A stretch of 64,000 nucleotides of DNA from Iphione sp. A-MEVVRFRX5 (Eukaryota), in NCBI GenBank assembly GCA_976226885.1, contig OZ320316.1, positions 77,252,001-77,316,000 on the forward strand, read 5' to 3'. The notes below the pieces were generated by a model. It made no database searches. It was not told the origin of the DNA and saw nothing but the letters and a program-made list of their open reading frames with translations. The position numbers were made by a program, and so were the translations under genes. Shown in pieces: positions 24,201 to 36,900 of this stretch. Numbering within the stretch: the first letter of the stretch is position 1; each line of letters starts with the position of its first letter.

Positions 24201-27200
24201 GAAGCTCATATGAGGGGGACTGAGTATTACTTGCATTACTTGCGTTGAACAGGATGCTATTGATGCATTCATGGTATCAGCAGAGATGTTTCTCACACAA
24301 TTGTAAATTGTCAGAAAATGATATGAAATGTGTCTCATACAATTTCAATACAACTGTATGAGGTACGTTTTATCCAAAAGTATTGAATTAATTGGTACAA
24401 GACACAAGCAGGTTGTATGACATCGGCAATCTTTATTCAATTCACAAAGTGACAACATAGAATACAGAAAACATATCTTTCCACAAAACATCAAATGCTG
24501 TATGCTAGTCATACTTCCCTCATACCAAGAGCTGGGCAAAGTCATGCAAACACGATGGTAAAAACAAAGGCACAAAAACACAGCAGTGAACAGAGGTCAG
24601 TGGAAAACACCACCATGGAAACAGGAGTACAAGGGCAATTTTTCAAGTTCCAATACTACATACTATATTCCAATTCTCCAATTAGGGCATAATTACAGAA
24701 GACACCCTCCCTGTGACCAACCACCGGGGGAGACCACTTGCTTCAGACTGGCATTTGTGGTCAGAGCCGACTGCATTTCTATAATTGTGTGAGTACTGCT
24801 GTGGCAGTAGTGTATTATCGACTCACCAGGTAACGCTCTGATATGTATATAAGCCGCTGCACGCCCAGGTTCAGGACACACACGCGCAGCTGGTCGATAG
24901 AGCGATTTCCCACCCTACACTCTCTATAAAAAAAAATCCGAAAGAAATTGTAAAAGTGCTAGGCCCTTCTTCATCTCAACATGTAATCAAACTATATTGT
25001 TACACTCACTATAACACACGTGTCATCATACTCTTTAGTCATAGCTACAGTGTGTATGGTCTAGGGGAAATAACCCCTGAGTTTTATAAGCCCAAAGGTG
25101 TTCAATAAACATTTTTCTTAAGCCTTGGTGTCTTGTCGACATTACTATATGCACCTTATTGCCGGGGGAGACCACTTGCCCAGGGTGACCATTCGCTTAG
25201 ACCCCACTATTTTAAGAGTAAAACAAACTTTTTACACCCACGGAGGCGACCAGAGGTGGGTTTACATGCTGTTCCCACAAAATTCATTCGGATTTCGGAT
25301 TTTTCACCTTCTTATTGTGGCCGAAGAGTGAAACATGGCGCTGTCTTTCTTAAATAGGTGGTATCCCGAAAGAGGTGGTCGCCCATGTCTGTTTTAAGAG
25401 AGGACAGCTTTGCCCACAATTCGCAATCTAAACCCACCGATTAGTGGTATAAATCCTACACTTTTTTGAGGAATAGGTGGACTTTTAACTTGTCAAATGC
25501 AGCACTTTTTAGACTTTTATCCGTCAAATTCAGCACTTTCTTGACTCCTACTCATCTAATTCAGCGCTTTTTAGGTATTAAATCCAGCTACTCTCTTTGA
25601 TGAGAGCGAGGAAGAAGGGGAGTTTATTTCCCCAGGTAGTCGCCTTTGCGAGTGTGGACTGTAGCTGGTTCCTCCAGTGGTTGCATTGGAAGGTTTCTAT
25701 TGTATTGATTGCTTAACTATATCTGGTAGGTCTGAACCTTTCCACATTTTACATCTTGATCAAATCAATTTCCATGTTAGTCTCTTCTTGAAACTGGTTT
25801 TCTATGTAAAAAGTGCTGTATTTAGCGTTATTTAATATCCTTGTACCTTGTGGTAGGGCAAGTCCAGTGTGACCGTGCCATGGGTTGTTCTCTATAGAAG
25901 GGATAGTGAATCTGTTTGATTGTATTTATACATTGGCTAGGTAACCTTTAAGTTTCACTAACAAGTATGATAAAACAAATAAATATTATCCAAAATCACC
26001 CATTATGTGAATCATCCCTTGAATGACACATATTGGTTAAATACAGATTATGACCCTGACAAAGTGGAAGTATTTCTCCATCTGTATCGATGACACAGCA
26101 ACCGCAAATAACACATATCAAGTGAATCTAAAAAAACATGGTGCACAAAATAAATTCAGGAGAAAAGTGGTAGCCCCAGCCTAGGGAAAAATTGACTGAG
26201 GACTTCGCATTGATCACCACTTTGGAAGAGAGCACAGGGAGGGGTGAACCAGCCATTTGGTATTCTCAGCGGTCTGAATACGTAAAATAATAGTTAATGG
26301 TTGAACCTGATGGACAATAGAAAAAGTAAAACATTTCTCTTCAATCTCACTGGGAAAAGAGAATTTTTGCACCTCCCCGAGTCCATTCCACTTACATTTT
26401 ACATATGCATACTAAAGCACTATCTCCATGGGCATGAACTATCCAGACCTGCCCCCAGTGGCATGGACTGCAGGAGGACCGATCTAGGCTATTTTAATAG
26501 AACTTTCCCCGTGTGTACAGACTACCCAGACCTGCCACTGAGCACATTTGGACTGATTGGAGTTGGTCCGGGTTGCCCAGACCACCTTAATCAATTTCGC
26601 TAATACAACCACATGAGCATGGAACAGAAGGGTGGTCGCAAATAGGCATTCGACTTTATACAGTCAAAACTCCAAAGCCGAACACTCAAAATACCAAATT
26701 CTCCCAAATCCGAACAAATTTGACAGGGATAAACTGTATTTCACTGTAAAAATCCTCATATAACTGAACATTTACATCTGAAGTCTTAACAATTTTTGGC
26801 CGAATCTGGCTGAGTTTTGCCAATTTTTTGCCGAATTTGGCTGCATTTGCCGAATTTAGGATGAATTTGCCTGAGTTTGTTGATTTTTGGACGAATTCGG
26901 CTGAATTTTGCCAATTTTTGGAAGAATTTGCCTGAATTTTACCAATTTTGTTTTAAGCGCTATCCCCATGGATGCAAATTGTCTGCATGCAAAAGGTGGC
27001 ACGGTATGGCCTCTCACACTCATCTGCAATAGGTGGTAGGGCCTATACCCATTTATCCGAATGTTCTATGTGGACATGCATGCATCCAACCGGAAGTTGC
27101 TCGGTTGTGACCCCATCCAAGCATATAGTGAAGAAGCCAGAGCCAGCACCCATGAGAGCAATTCGACCCAGTTCCATCCAAGCAGAAGGTGGCATGGAGG

Positions 27201-27961
27201 TGGCGTGGTGTGGGATTCCCAGATGAAACCCGATCGTCCCACATGCAGCAGGTGGCGTGTCTGGGAAATTGGCATACATGGGTATATCTTTTTTTCTTGG
27301 GGTAGACCTCCCGATGTCCACGCAAAAGGTGGTGGGTGCGGAACGTTTGTGTCCATGGGGATAGCACTTTAGTGAAAACACACTAAAAGGTGTGAAACAT
27401 TGCAGCCACATCTCTGGTCATACCTTAGACTATGAATAGTTTGTTGAAAAATGGCCTTAGGCCTCATTTGAAATCTGATTATCTGAAATACAAGCGAAAT
27501 TGCATGAAACAGCGATTGTTTGGTTTTTGAGTATTGCTTGTATACAAACGCCTTCAGCACTTGCACTGGTTGTGTGTAAAAGTGTGTTTCTTTCCTTCCC
27601 TCTGTCTCTTTTCTCTGTCTCACTGGTTGGTTACAGGGTTGGGGAGTTAAGTATAGTACAATCAGGTTCTTTTGATGTAAAGGAGAGGCCAAATACAAAA
27701 AGCGTGCCACACGAGATCCTTCATAGTAATCTGTTGTGATGGAAGATAAGTACTGCAAAGTCATTTATGAACATCTAGAACTTTTGACAAGTAATCTGTC
27801 TACTCTACCACAAGAGCATCCTGTATGTTATATTAAAATATTCATAGCAAGAGGAAACGCTGAATAGCTACAACAGGAAAATTTGCACATGGACTATTTA
27901 CTCGTTTAATCTCGTCAGCGACACAACAGTAAATATAACCCCATCAACTCCTAGTATGTGG

Positions 27962-30900
27962 TCATAAGAAGCTGGTCTTTAAATGTGGCTTTGGAGAACT
28001 TCCTATAAATACAGAGGAGGGGTTTGGGAGGTCACTTTCATTGCCCGATCTGTTTTCGGTTTCCTCACCACACTGCTTCCCATCGACACGTAGACTTCTT
28101 TTGAGACAAACACTTGGACCTTTTTCGGCAGGTTTTTCAGTTTTCCGCTTTGTACGGTAATATTTGACGACCAATGCACATTTAACGATAATGTATTCAA
28201 TAAATTCGCTAAGAGTGATGACACTTGCTCCAATAAAAAGTCCAAGCTGTCCACCAATGTCAGCTGGAACAAAAGAAGTCACTTAGATCATGAACAGCGT
28301 ATGCTGTGGTTTGATGTTTAACTTTACAAATATCTCGATTGAAACCAATAAGTGTACTCGACCGATTTATTGTAAAGTTCCTGTTGTACTTTCACGTTAT
28401 TAAAAGTGTCTATCCAGAGGTGACAGCAAGATATGCCCAGTTTATATTGGTTCAATGAGATAAAACGTGTTTTTCACATGCCAATTAATGAACCCCCATT
28501 ATGAAATTAGCTCGTTTTCCCGATAATCTAACTTTACAGCTGTTTTATAACTTACCTAATAGAGATTCAAACGATTTCCCCCTTTTCTGTTCGATAACAA
28601 GGGTTTCTAAAGTTTGAAAATAAACCTCCATTTGGATGATATTTTTTCTGTAAATATGATAATATCAATGCATACATTTATGTAACATGTTGCATAAACA
28701 TAATAATATTACGTAGGAAGTATGTCTGTTTAAATAATATGTATTTGATGAGGAAAAAACATGTTTTTATAACAACAAGTGTACTTTACATATTAAAGAT
28801 CAGTAGAATGAATAATAAGGTTTACGTTGTAAACATTTTGTCTGAATGCGGAATTTCTACAACTACAGAAACTTCTTGCAACATAACTACAGTGGAGCGC
28901 CTCTATTAGGGACACCCTCTGTTCTTAACCAAACTGTCCCTAATGGAGGCTTGTCCCTATTAGAGACTTTGTGGCCTGGGGCCACTCTATACAGGTTATC
29001 ATGTAGAATGATTCCTAGGGCCATATTTTATAAGTCATACAGGTAGATGTGGCCTAAAGACATATTTTACAAGTAGCTAAGACTGAACAGGTAGGAATGG
29101 AAATGTGAAAGATTTAGTAGCACTTCTCTCCCACACATCTGAGCTGTCCCTTTGAAGGCACTGCCCCCTCCAGCCTGTCCCTATAGTGCTTGATTGAAGT
29201 GGCAGTGCTTCTCTCCCACATCTCTGAACTGTCCCTTGGAAGTGCTCCAGCCCTTCAAGTGCTTGGTGACACCCTTGTGAAGTATAAACCCACTGATTTG
29301 GAGTATAAACCCACCAATTTGCAGTATAAACCCACCTCTCCCCAACCTCAGAGCTGTCCCTATGGAGGCACTCCACCCCTATATGGTGTCCCTATTAGAG
29401 GCTCTCCCTTAAACATGATTATATAGGGAATATTTTGGTTCTGAGCTGAACTGTCCCTGTTAGAGGTGTGTCCCTATTAGAGGCATGTCCCTAAGGAGGC
29501 TCTCCACTGTATATATTTGGTATAAGATGGAAATTGATAGGGAGGGAAACACAGTAGGGATAGACAGCAGACAGCATACTCCAATTTGCCTATTCAAAAT
29601 TGTTCATGCTGCTTCCTGCCCTCAGACTATTATGTGTATTATGTGTGTATATGACAAGGTTGGATCCAAAAACCATTACAATATGATTTTACATAGAACG
29701 TAAGGTCATAATATGCTTTTCACTAGTCCCATGCACTTCTTTCTGACAATAATTCATTCAGATGAGACAGCTGTGGCAAGATGATCTACTTGCAGGCAAA
29801 ATTTTATATAGGTATTCTAAACATCAAATTTGTTATAGCTACCGTTTCACAGATAAGACATTGCCAGGCCAGCTAACCATTTCAACACTTCCTAAACCAA
29901 CATAACTTGAGAACATCGGATAAATGTAATCAGAAGTTTGTAAGAATAGCAACGTATAATGCTGAGGCCTAACAAAATTACGTGTATTTTCAGTAACATG
30001 CTGAAAAAATAAAAGGTCGGTAGGTGGGTGGGATTTAAAAAATAGTATTCTTTTCCAACGTTAATGGATCCTACAAGCAACAAATATATATCGTAATGCC
30101 ACTTCTGCTGTTGTGATGAAACGTATATAAAATGGAAGCTAGCAACCTAGGTACGAGTCTCTATTTTGATTCCTTCTAAAATATTCACAAAAAATTAAAA
30201 ATGTTCCAGTTGCACAAGTTTCAGGGTTTGTCGGGTTACCAAGAACACCTTTTTCACTAGGCCTAAAAATAAAAGGTTAGTAGAAAAGTAGAGGTTGAAC
30301 TATTCAGGACGACATCCGAAATTATTATGATTTAACAACTGTATCTTTTGAAGAAATGTCTCTTTCCAGGATGACCAATGCTATATCATCCACGTGTGGA
30401 TGATGATTCTCTTGTCTCCCTAGAAATGTGATATTTAAAATAAATCTGTGCTTCAATTACTCAAATGTAGTCACCTAGCCTTCTACTTCATATTTTTACT
30501 AAAATATTCATGAAATTATTGTTTCTTTGGAAACTGGTCACATAAACAATTGGGATTTCAGTCAGTTTTTTTCACACAAATTTATCTAGGGAAAGCACAT
30601 ATTATAACCAATCAAGTGTGTAAAATAACACTTTTCATTAGTTTATCAGCAAATCTTAATCTATCATTAAAAATATAAAATTTCCTTTACTTACAATCAC
30701 CTTTGAAGAGACTCTATTCTTTATACTTAAAAATAACATATAACTTATATGGGCCCCAAGTTATCCTCCCAAGAAATTATGGTTTGAGGCTTATGTCAGG
30801 ACCTGCACATTATGGCAATTCGTGTAATAAATATGAAAACCATCAACTGAAGCAGTTGATACAGTTTACGGATACAGTAAACATTACCAGAATGCTGGTC

Positions 30901-33900
30901 ATACTAAATCATAGCTCATATGATAACCCTATATACTGAAATCTCTATTTGTGGTGGCCAGGAAGGAGCTTAGGGAAAATTACACTCTAGTACTTATTGC
31001 TTCTCCGCTCCTGACTTAGGTAGTCAGGCCCATAACATAAATGTTTTATTTGGTTACACACTCTTCACTGATGCAGCAATCATGTTGTTTTGCACATCAC
31101 CAACCTGTCCCCGCGAGAGCTACGGCCAATTACAAACAAGTATAGGCTACAACAATGTGTGAAGCCTGCACATATTTCAATCCAAGAGAGTGGCGTGTGC
31201 CTTCAATAACAAGGTGACACATTCCGTCGCTATCTCACACTCTAATATGGCGTAAGCGTATCCCTCAATCCTGTTTGCACGGGCGTCAACGTGCATGAAG
31301 CAAAAGGCATTGTACAGCTTGTAACTGGTAGCAAAAGTCCCGGTCAAAATCTGGATCATTACCAGGAATAATACTTGTGCTGCACCGCAATAAATAATTT
31401 GCATCGCAGGTGTCCTGCGGAGACAGGTGGAACCCTCTGGCCATAGCCAAAACTTTAGGCGAAGGCGGAGACATGCCTAGCTTGAATTTAGCTGCAGTTA
31501 GTTGGTTTTCTATATTTTTGATGAACTGGTGAAGGTGTTGAACTCTTATACGACAGGGCACAGTGTCCATTTGTCAGAAGTGCTCTACATGCAATAGTTG
31601 GATTTGGTAACACCTACGTTAACGTTTATTTACTTGTAATAAATCCAGAGAGGCACATCATCCCCTGTTCACAAATATAGAACATCTTCTGAAGCTCTAA
31701 GACTTGAAACATCAGTCTTTGGAGAATTCACCTTTTGTTAGATACGCAAAACTGAGTACTGACATAATTTCTTGTGTGTGGTTGTGACAGTTTTGTTTCC
31801 GATCAGCAGTATGCGCAGTAACTTGCAAGATAAGTCTGAGCACAGAGATACACCCGTATACTGCATCGATGTTTGTACTGATTTCAGCAGTCGAACCGCC
31901 GCATCGAGCAGACATCAATAAAATCGCGACTCGTGTAATTTTGTACAATTCCTTGTTTCTGTGTAGGCCATTTGATGATTGACACTAACATTGCCTGGAG
32001 GCTTTCCTTTATACTGCTCTCAGCAGTAGACATGGTAAGTGGAATGAATTTTTCCAGGATTGCATATTGAAAAGTCTAGAACTTTCTTTATAGGTCCTTT
32101 CTAAAATAACTAGCATCTTCATACATGCTGAGGTATAACGTATATGTAGCTTTGCTTCTAGCTTATTAGCATATTCGATGGAGGATCAGGCAAATTGTCT
32201 CTTTAGTCTTGAAACGAGTTAGAAACAAGTCTTCAAGCTGGATTCCAATTTGATTTCACAAAATATAGCATATAAGCATTATATCCATATATGGCGCCTA
32301 TGTATAGTTCCCATGGCATGTTACTAAGCTATCCAACGTCACCAGTGTTCCATAACGACATCGTTTGAAAACTTCGCTGCTGCAAGACGTGTCTCTCTGT
32401 CTCGGTTCATTATGGAGAAATATTGCAAAAAGTGTTGCCTGAAACATGTCCCCCCAGTGGGAAAGAACTGCAAGGGGTCTCACAATTTTGTTGAGGAGTC
32501 CCCCGAGAAAATTCCTGGCCAGTCGGAGCAGGAGAAGAAATTTGAGAAGAGGTTCGAGAGGATAGAGAAAATGTTAGAGGCACTGATGGCGAGCGGTTCC
32601 AAGAAAGACCCTGACCCTGAGATGAGCTCTAGTGACGATGATGATTCAACAAGTTCTGACGATGAATCTGATGTGAGGAAGAAACGTGGATTGAAGAAAG
32701 GTAAAAGGTCCAAGAAGTATTCGATTTCCTCATTTGTGAAGGGTGATTCAGTTGATTCGTTCGAGAGCCTGATGGTTGGATCGTTGGGCCTATTGAAGAA
32801 GTTGATGGCTGAGGGGAAGGAGGTGACAGGTTACATCGACCATATCAGCTTCTTAGCTGACAGAGCTACCACAAAGATCTACACAAGTGAAGCACTCATT
32901 TCTTACGACCGAGAAATGAGGAAGAAGGCCAGAGAAGAGGGTGTCCAGAGCTTCAGCTACGGTGATACGGTGGCAGTGCATTGATTTCTGAGCCTTGATG
33001 CAACGGTTGATGTTGCAAGGAGCAGAGATAGCAAGAAGAAGGCCAAGAAAGGATCTGGGGTGTGCTATAAATACAACAATGGCATGTGTGAGGATAACTC
33101 CTGCCGTTTTAGGCACATCTGCCAGGTTTGCCTCAAGATGGGGCATCGTTCGCCTGATTGTTTTCAGAACAAACCGTCAGGTGGGGATACGGTCAAGACA
33201 AAGTCAACGTCGAAAAAGGACTGACTAGACCATGTGGATTTACAGGGAAAGGATCTCCAAGAGGTCTGTGAGTGTTTTCCTGGTAATCATTTATGTGATA
33301 TGGATGTTGAGGGTTGTAGTGTTGTGAATATCGAAACCCAATCAACAAGGGAATATGTCAGTTCTTTGCTAGATGTTCGACGTAACTGCGACGTCATTGT
33401 AAATAATGGTTGTGGTGAGACGTCATTCAACTTGACGGAGGCACTAAGGCCTTTTGTGGTCCACTGTGAATTGGATGATTGTGATGATCTGTTGCATGTG
33501 AAAAATTATGATGGGAGCTATGTTTTTCCAATTTATGGAAAATGTATCGATGGTGTTTGTGAATGTGATCACCGCATAGGTGGCACATATAGCCCATTGA
33601 AGATGTGTAGGAACTTTGTGTATTTGAACCGAGTCGACATGAAAGATGATGATTTACTTTACTTATGGAAGGGTATTAGTCTTGGTTTTGATATTGTCGA
33701 CGGGGGCTGTGACACTACATACTTTTGTAACAATTACAAATCTATCCTTGAGGGTGATTTCAGATTGCAAATGGATGAAAAAATTGAAAGCGAGCTTGAA
33801 TGTGGGTTCATATCAAAGTGTAGTGAACCTCCTAGATGTGTCAATGCCCTTGGAGGAGTGAAGAAAAGTAATGGTAAGCTGAGACCAATAACTGACTGTT

Positions 33901-36900
33901 CGATGCCGAATAAGAAAGCAATTAATAACTACATGTTATCAACTCATGAGGATTTTTCCTTTAAGTCGGTCGATGATGTATGTGATGTGTTATCAGAAGG
34001 GGAATGGATGGCCACCTGTGACATCAAGAGTGCGTATTGGTCAGTTTTGGTCAACCCAAAGCATAGGTGTTTTCAGGGATTTAGTTGGGAACACCCAGAT
34101 GGTAGTGTGAGGTATTATGTGAATAACTCACTATGTTTTGGTTTGAAGTGCGCTCCATGCATCTTTAACAAGTTATCTGAGATGGTTGTTGCAGAATTCT
34201 ATTACAGGTGCAGTGGTAAAATTGTAAACTATTTAGATGATTTCATTGTGTTAGGAGCCAACGAGGAGGAATGTCAATACATGCAGAGTGTGCTTATGTC
34301 AGTGATCAATGATGTCGGTTTTGAGGTGTCTGTAGAGAAATGTACCGTACCGTCTAGAAGATGTAAATTTCTTGGTATAGTCATTGATTCTGAGTCAATG
34401 GAGTTATCCTTACCTGAAGATAAACTAGAGGAAGTGAGATATAAAATCAGGGCTGCCGTTAACAAAGGTGCATTGAAAAAGAAAGAACTTGAGAGTCTTA
34501 CAGGCTCACTCTCTCATTGTGCAACAGTGGTCAAAGGAGGAAGGACCTATACGAGGAGCTTGTATAATCTCATCAAGGGTGTACAGAGACCCAGTAAGCC
34601 AGTGGATCTGAGTGATGAGGTATTGCATGATCTGAGTTGGTGGAACAACTTCATGGAGTTGTTTAATGGTAAGAAGAGGATTATAAGATGTAGAGAAATT
34701 GAGGCTGTGGTAACAACAGATTCCTCCCTGGATGGTTTTGGTGGCTGGTTTGGCAAGGACTGGTTTTTCGGACGGTGGAGGAGCCCGACAGAGAGCATCA
34801 TAAACTGTGAGGAACATCAAGAGTATCCCCCCTGCATGGACGACTTTGACAACCACATCAACGTTTATGAACTGTGGGCGGTGGTAGTTGCATTGAAGAG
34901 GTGGGGGAATGTGCTGCGTGATAAGATGGTGTTGATCCGTGTGGACAACATGGCTGTTTTATACATGTTGAGGAGCGGAAGGAGTAGTAATTTGTGTTGT
35001 ATGAGATGGTTGAGAGAAATCTTCTGGTGCTGTGTCATTATGAATATTGTTTTCAGAGTTGAGTACATAAGCACTACTGACAATATAATTGCTGATGTTT
35101 TGTCCAGGATTGATGATTGTAACCAGTTGACCAGACTGTATGATGATCTATGGCGGTCTAAAGCCTGTTGTAGTGATGTTCTGGTTTGTTCTTGTAGGAG
35201 AGATGAAACGCCTAAGGAACGATGTGAAGAAGCTGAGAGATTGCTCAATCTGGGAGAACACAAAGAAATGTAGGGCCTTGCAATTGAAGAAGTATGAAGA
35301 ATTCTGTGAGCATTTTGATCTCACTTCCTTCCCCTGTTCGAACTATCAAACATGTCTTTTCCTGGCATTTTTGGGTAGGAGCATGTGCTACAGTTCCATC
35401 AGGAATTATTTGTCAGGTCTCACTTACTGGTGTAAGGTCTTCAAATGTGATGTACCCAATATTAACGATTTTGGTATCAGTCAAGTCCTTGCAGGCCTTA
35501 GAAGGAAATGTGATCGTGCTCCATTGAGAGCGTACGCCTTTACTGTTTGTGATTTGGAAAATATTTTTGATAGCCTTAACATGGCTCGTGATTTTGATTT
35601 TTTATTCTGGTTGGCCTGTATTTTATCGTTCAGATGTTTGTTGAGGAAAGAATCCTTCACTAACCCCAAAGGACTGCGTTGGGATGAAATAGAGTTTAAA
35701 GAATTTGGCATCATAGTGCATGTTAACAGAGGGAAGAGAGTTATCTCCGAGGGAGATTCTTACTCAATTCCTGTATTTTATTCAAAATCGTATAAATTTT
35801 GTGTAGCAACATGGCTTAAGCTATGGAGAAGGAAGCACTTTTGTAGTAAGAGCCAAAGTGTTTTTTCTTATGTGAAAAGAGGTGTTGTTTGTAACCTAAC
35901 TTATGAAGCCTTTATGGTAAAGTTGAAAAGTGTCTGTGATAAATTATCAATTATTGGGAAAATCTCTTCACATTCCTTCAGACGTGGAGGTTGTACTTAT
36001 TTAGCAGAATTTGGAGTAGACATTTCTGTGATTAAATCAAGAGGTAATTGGAAATCCTGGTGTGTTAATCGCTACATTGATTTAGATTTCAGTAAAATGT
36101 TGAACTCGGAAAGGGTTATTTCTCTCTCCTTCTAGCTGGGTTTGGGCATCTGTTTTCCCACTCCCTCGTTGTGTGTTCAATGTGACATATATAGCATATA
36201 AGCATTATATCCATATATGGCGCCTATGTATAGTTCCCATGGCATGTTACTAAGCTATCCAACGTCACCAGTGTTCCATAACGACATCGTTTGAAAACTT
36301 TTACCTTTATTGTATTTTATTCATATGTTATTAAAGGCATCTGTTTTCCCACTCCCTCGTTGTGTGTTCAATGTGACATATATGTTATATATATATGCCA
36401 AACTGACTGGGATGTGGGTGACCAACCCCTTATTCTCAAGGTAAATGCTGACATTCCAGTTGTGACTGTTTCCCTAGGAGCATTCAGTTCTCTTGCATGC
36501 TTTGTTATCGTAGAAAGTCCAGACTGTTGAACCTTTAATGGCCCCTCAAAACCTGCAACGTCATCTGCTCTTATACTCATATCTCTTTCTTAACTCCTTC
36601 CTGGAACAAGTCACATGGTGTTCCTCAGAAGGACTTTATAACTCTAAATCACAAACCAGGATGTATCCATCCCAAGGTATGGCCAGTCATACACTGTCTC
36701 TAAACCTACCTTGACTTTATAATGTGTTATCAAAGGATGACCAGGTGATTAAACGACATATACCCCCATATTTAGCTTCCAAACATGACTAGACTCTCCT
36801 TGTGAACCACTTTAACAATATGCATCACTAGGCAGTACCAGCACCAAACTGGACGTTTTCAAAATTACTTTGTTTATTGGTTAAAATTCTCGGTTCATTA

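Larger units (their letters stand above)
32263..36383 (+). mobile_element. Ngaro-type tyrosine-recombinase (DIRS-order) retrotransposon, near-intact
   Basis: Split direct repeats in A1-ORFs-B1-A2-B2 order. A (112 bp) at 32263-32374 and 36189-36300; B (48 bp) at 36145-36192 and 36336-36383. The copies appear identical. Contains gag, RT/RNase H and YR ORFs. Confidence 0.95.

Noticed and set aside
28270-28385. Apparent extra channel exon (..KHQTTAYAVHDL..) just upstream of the last exon
   Set aside because: It would need a 19-nt intron. A much better exon 8 with correct phases exists at 28647-28556.
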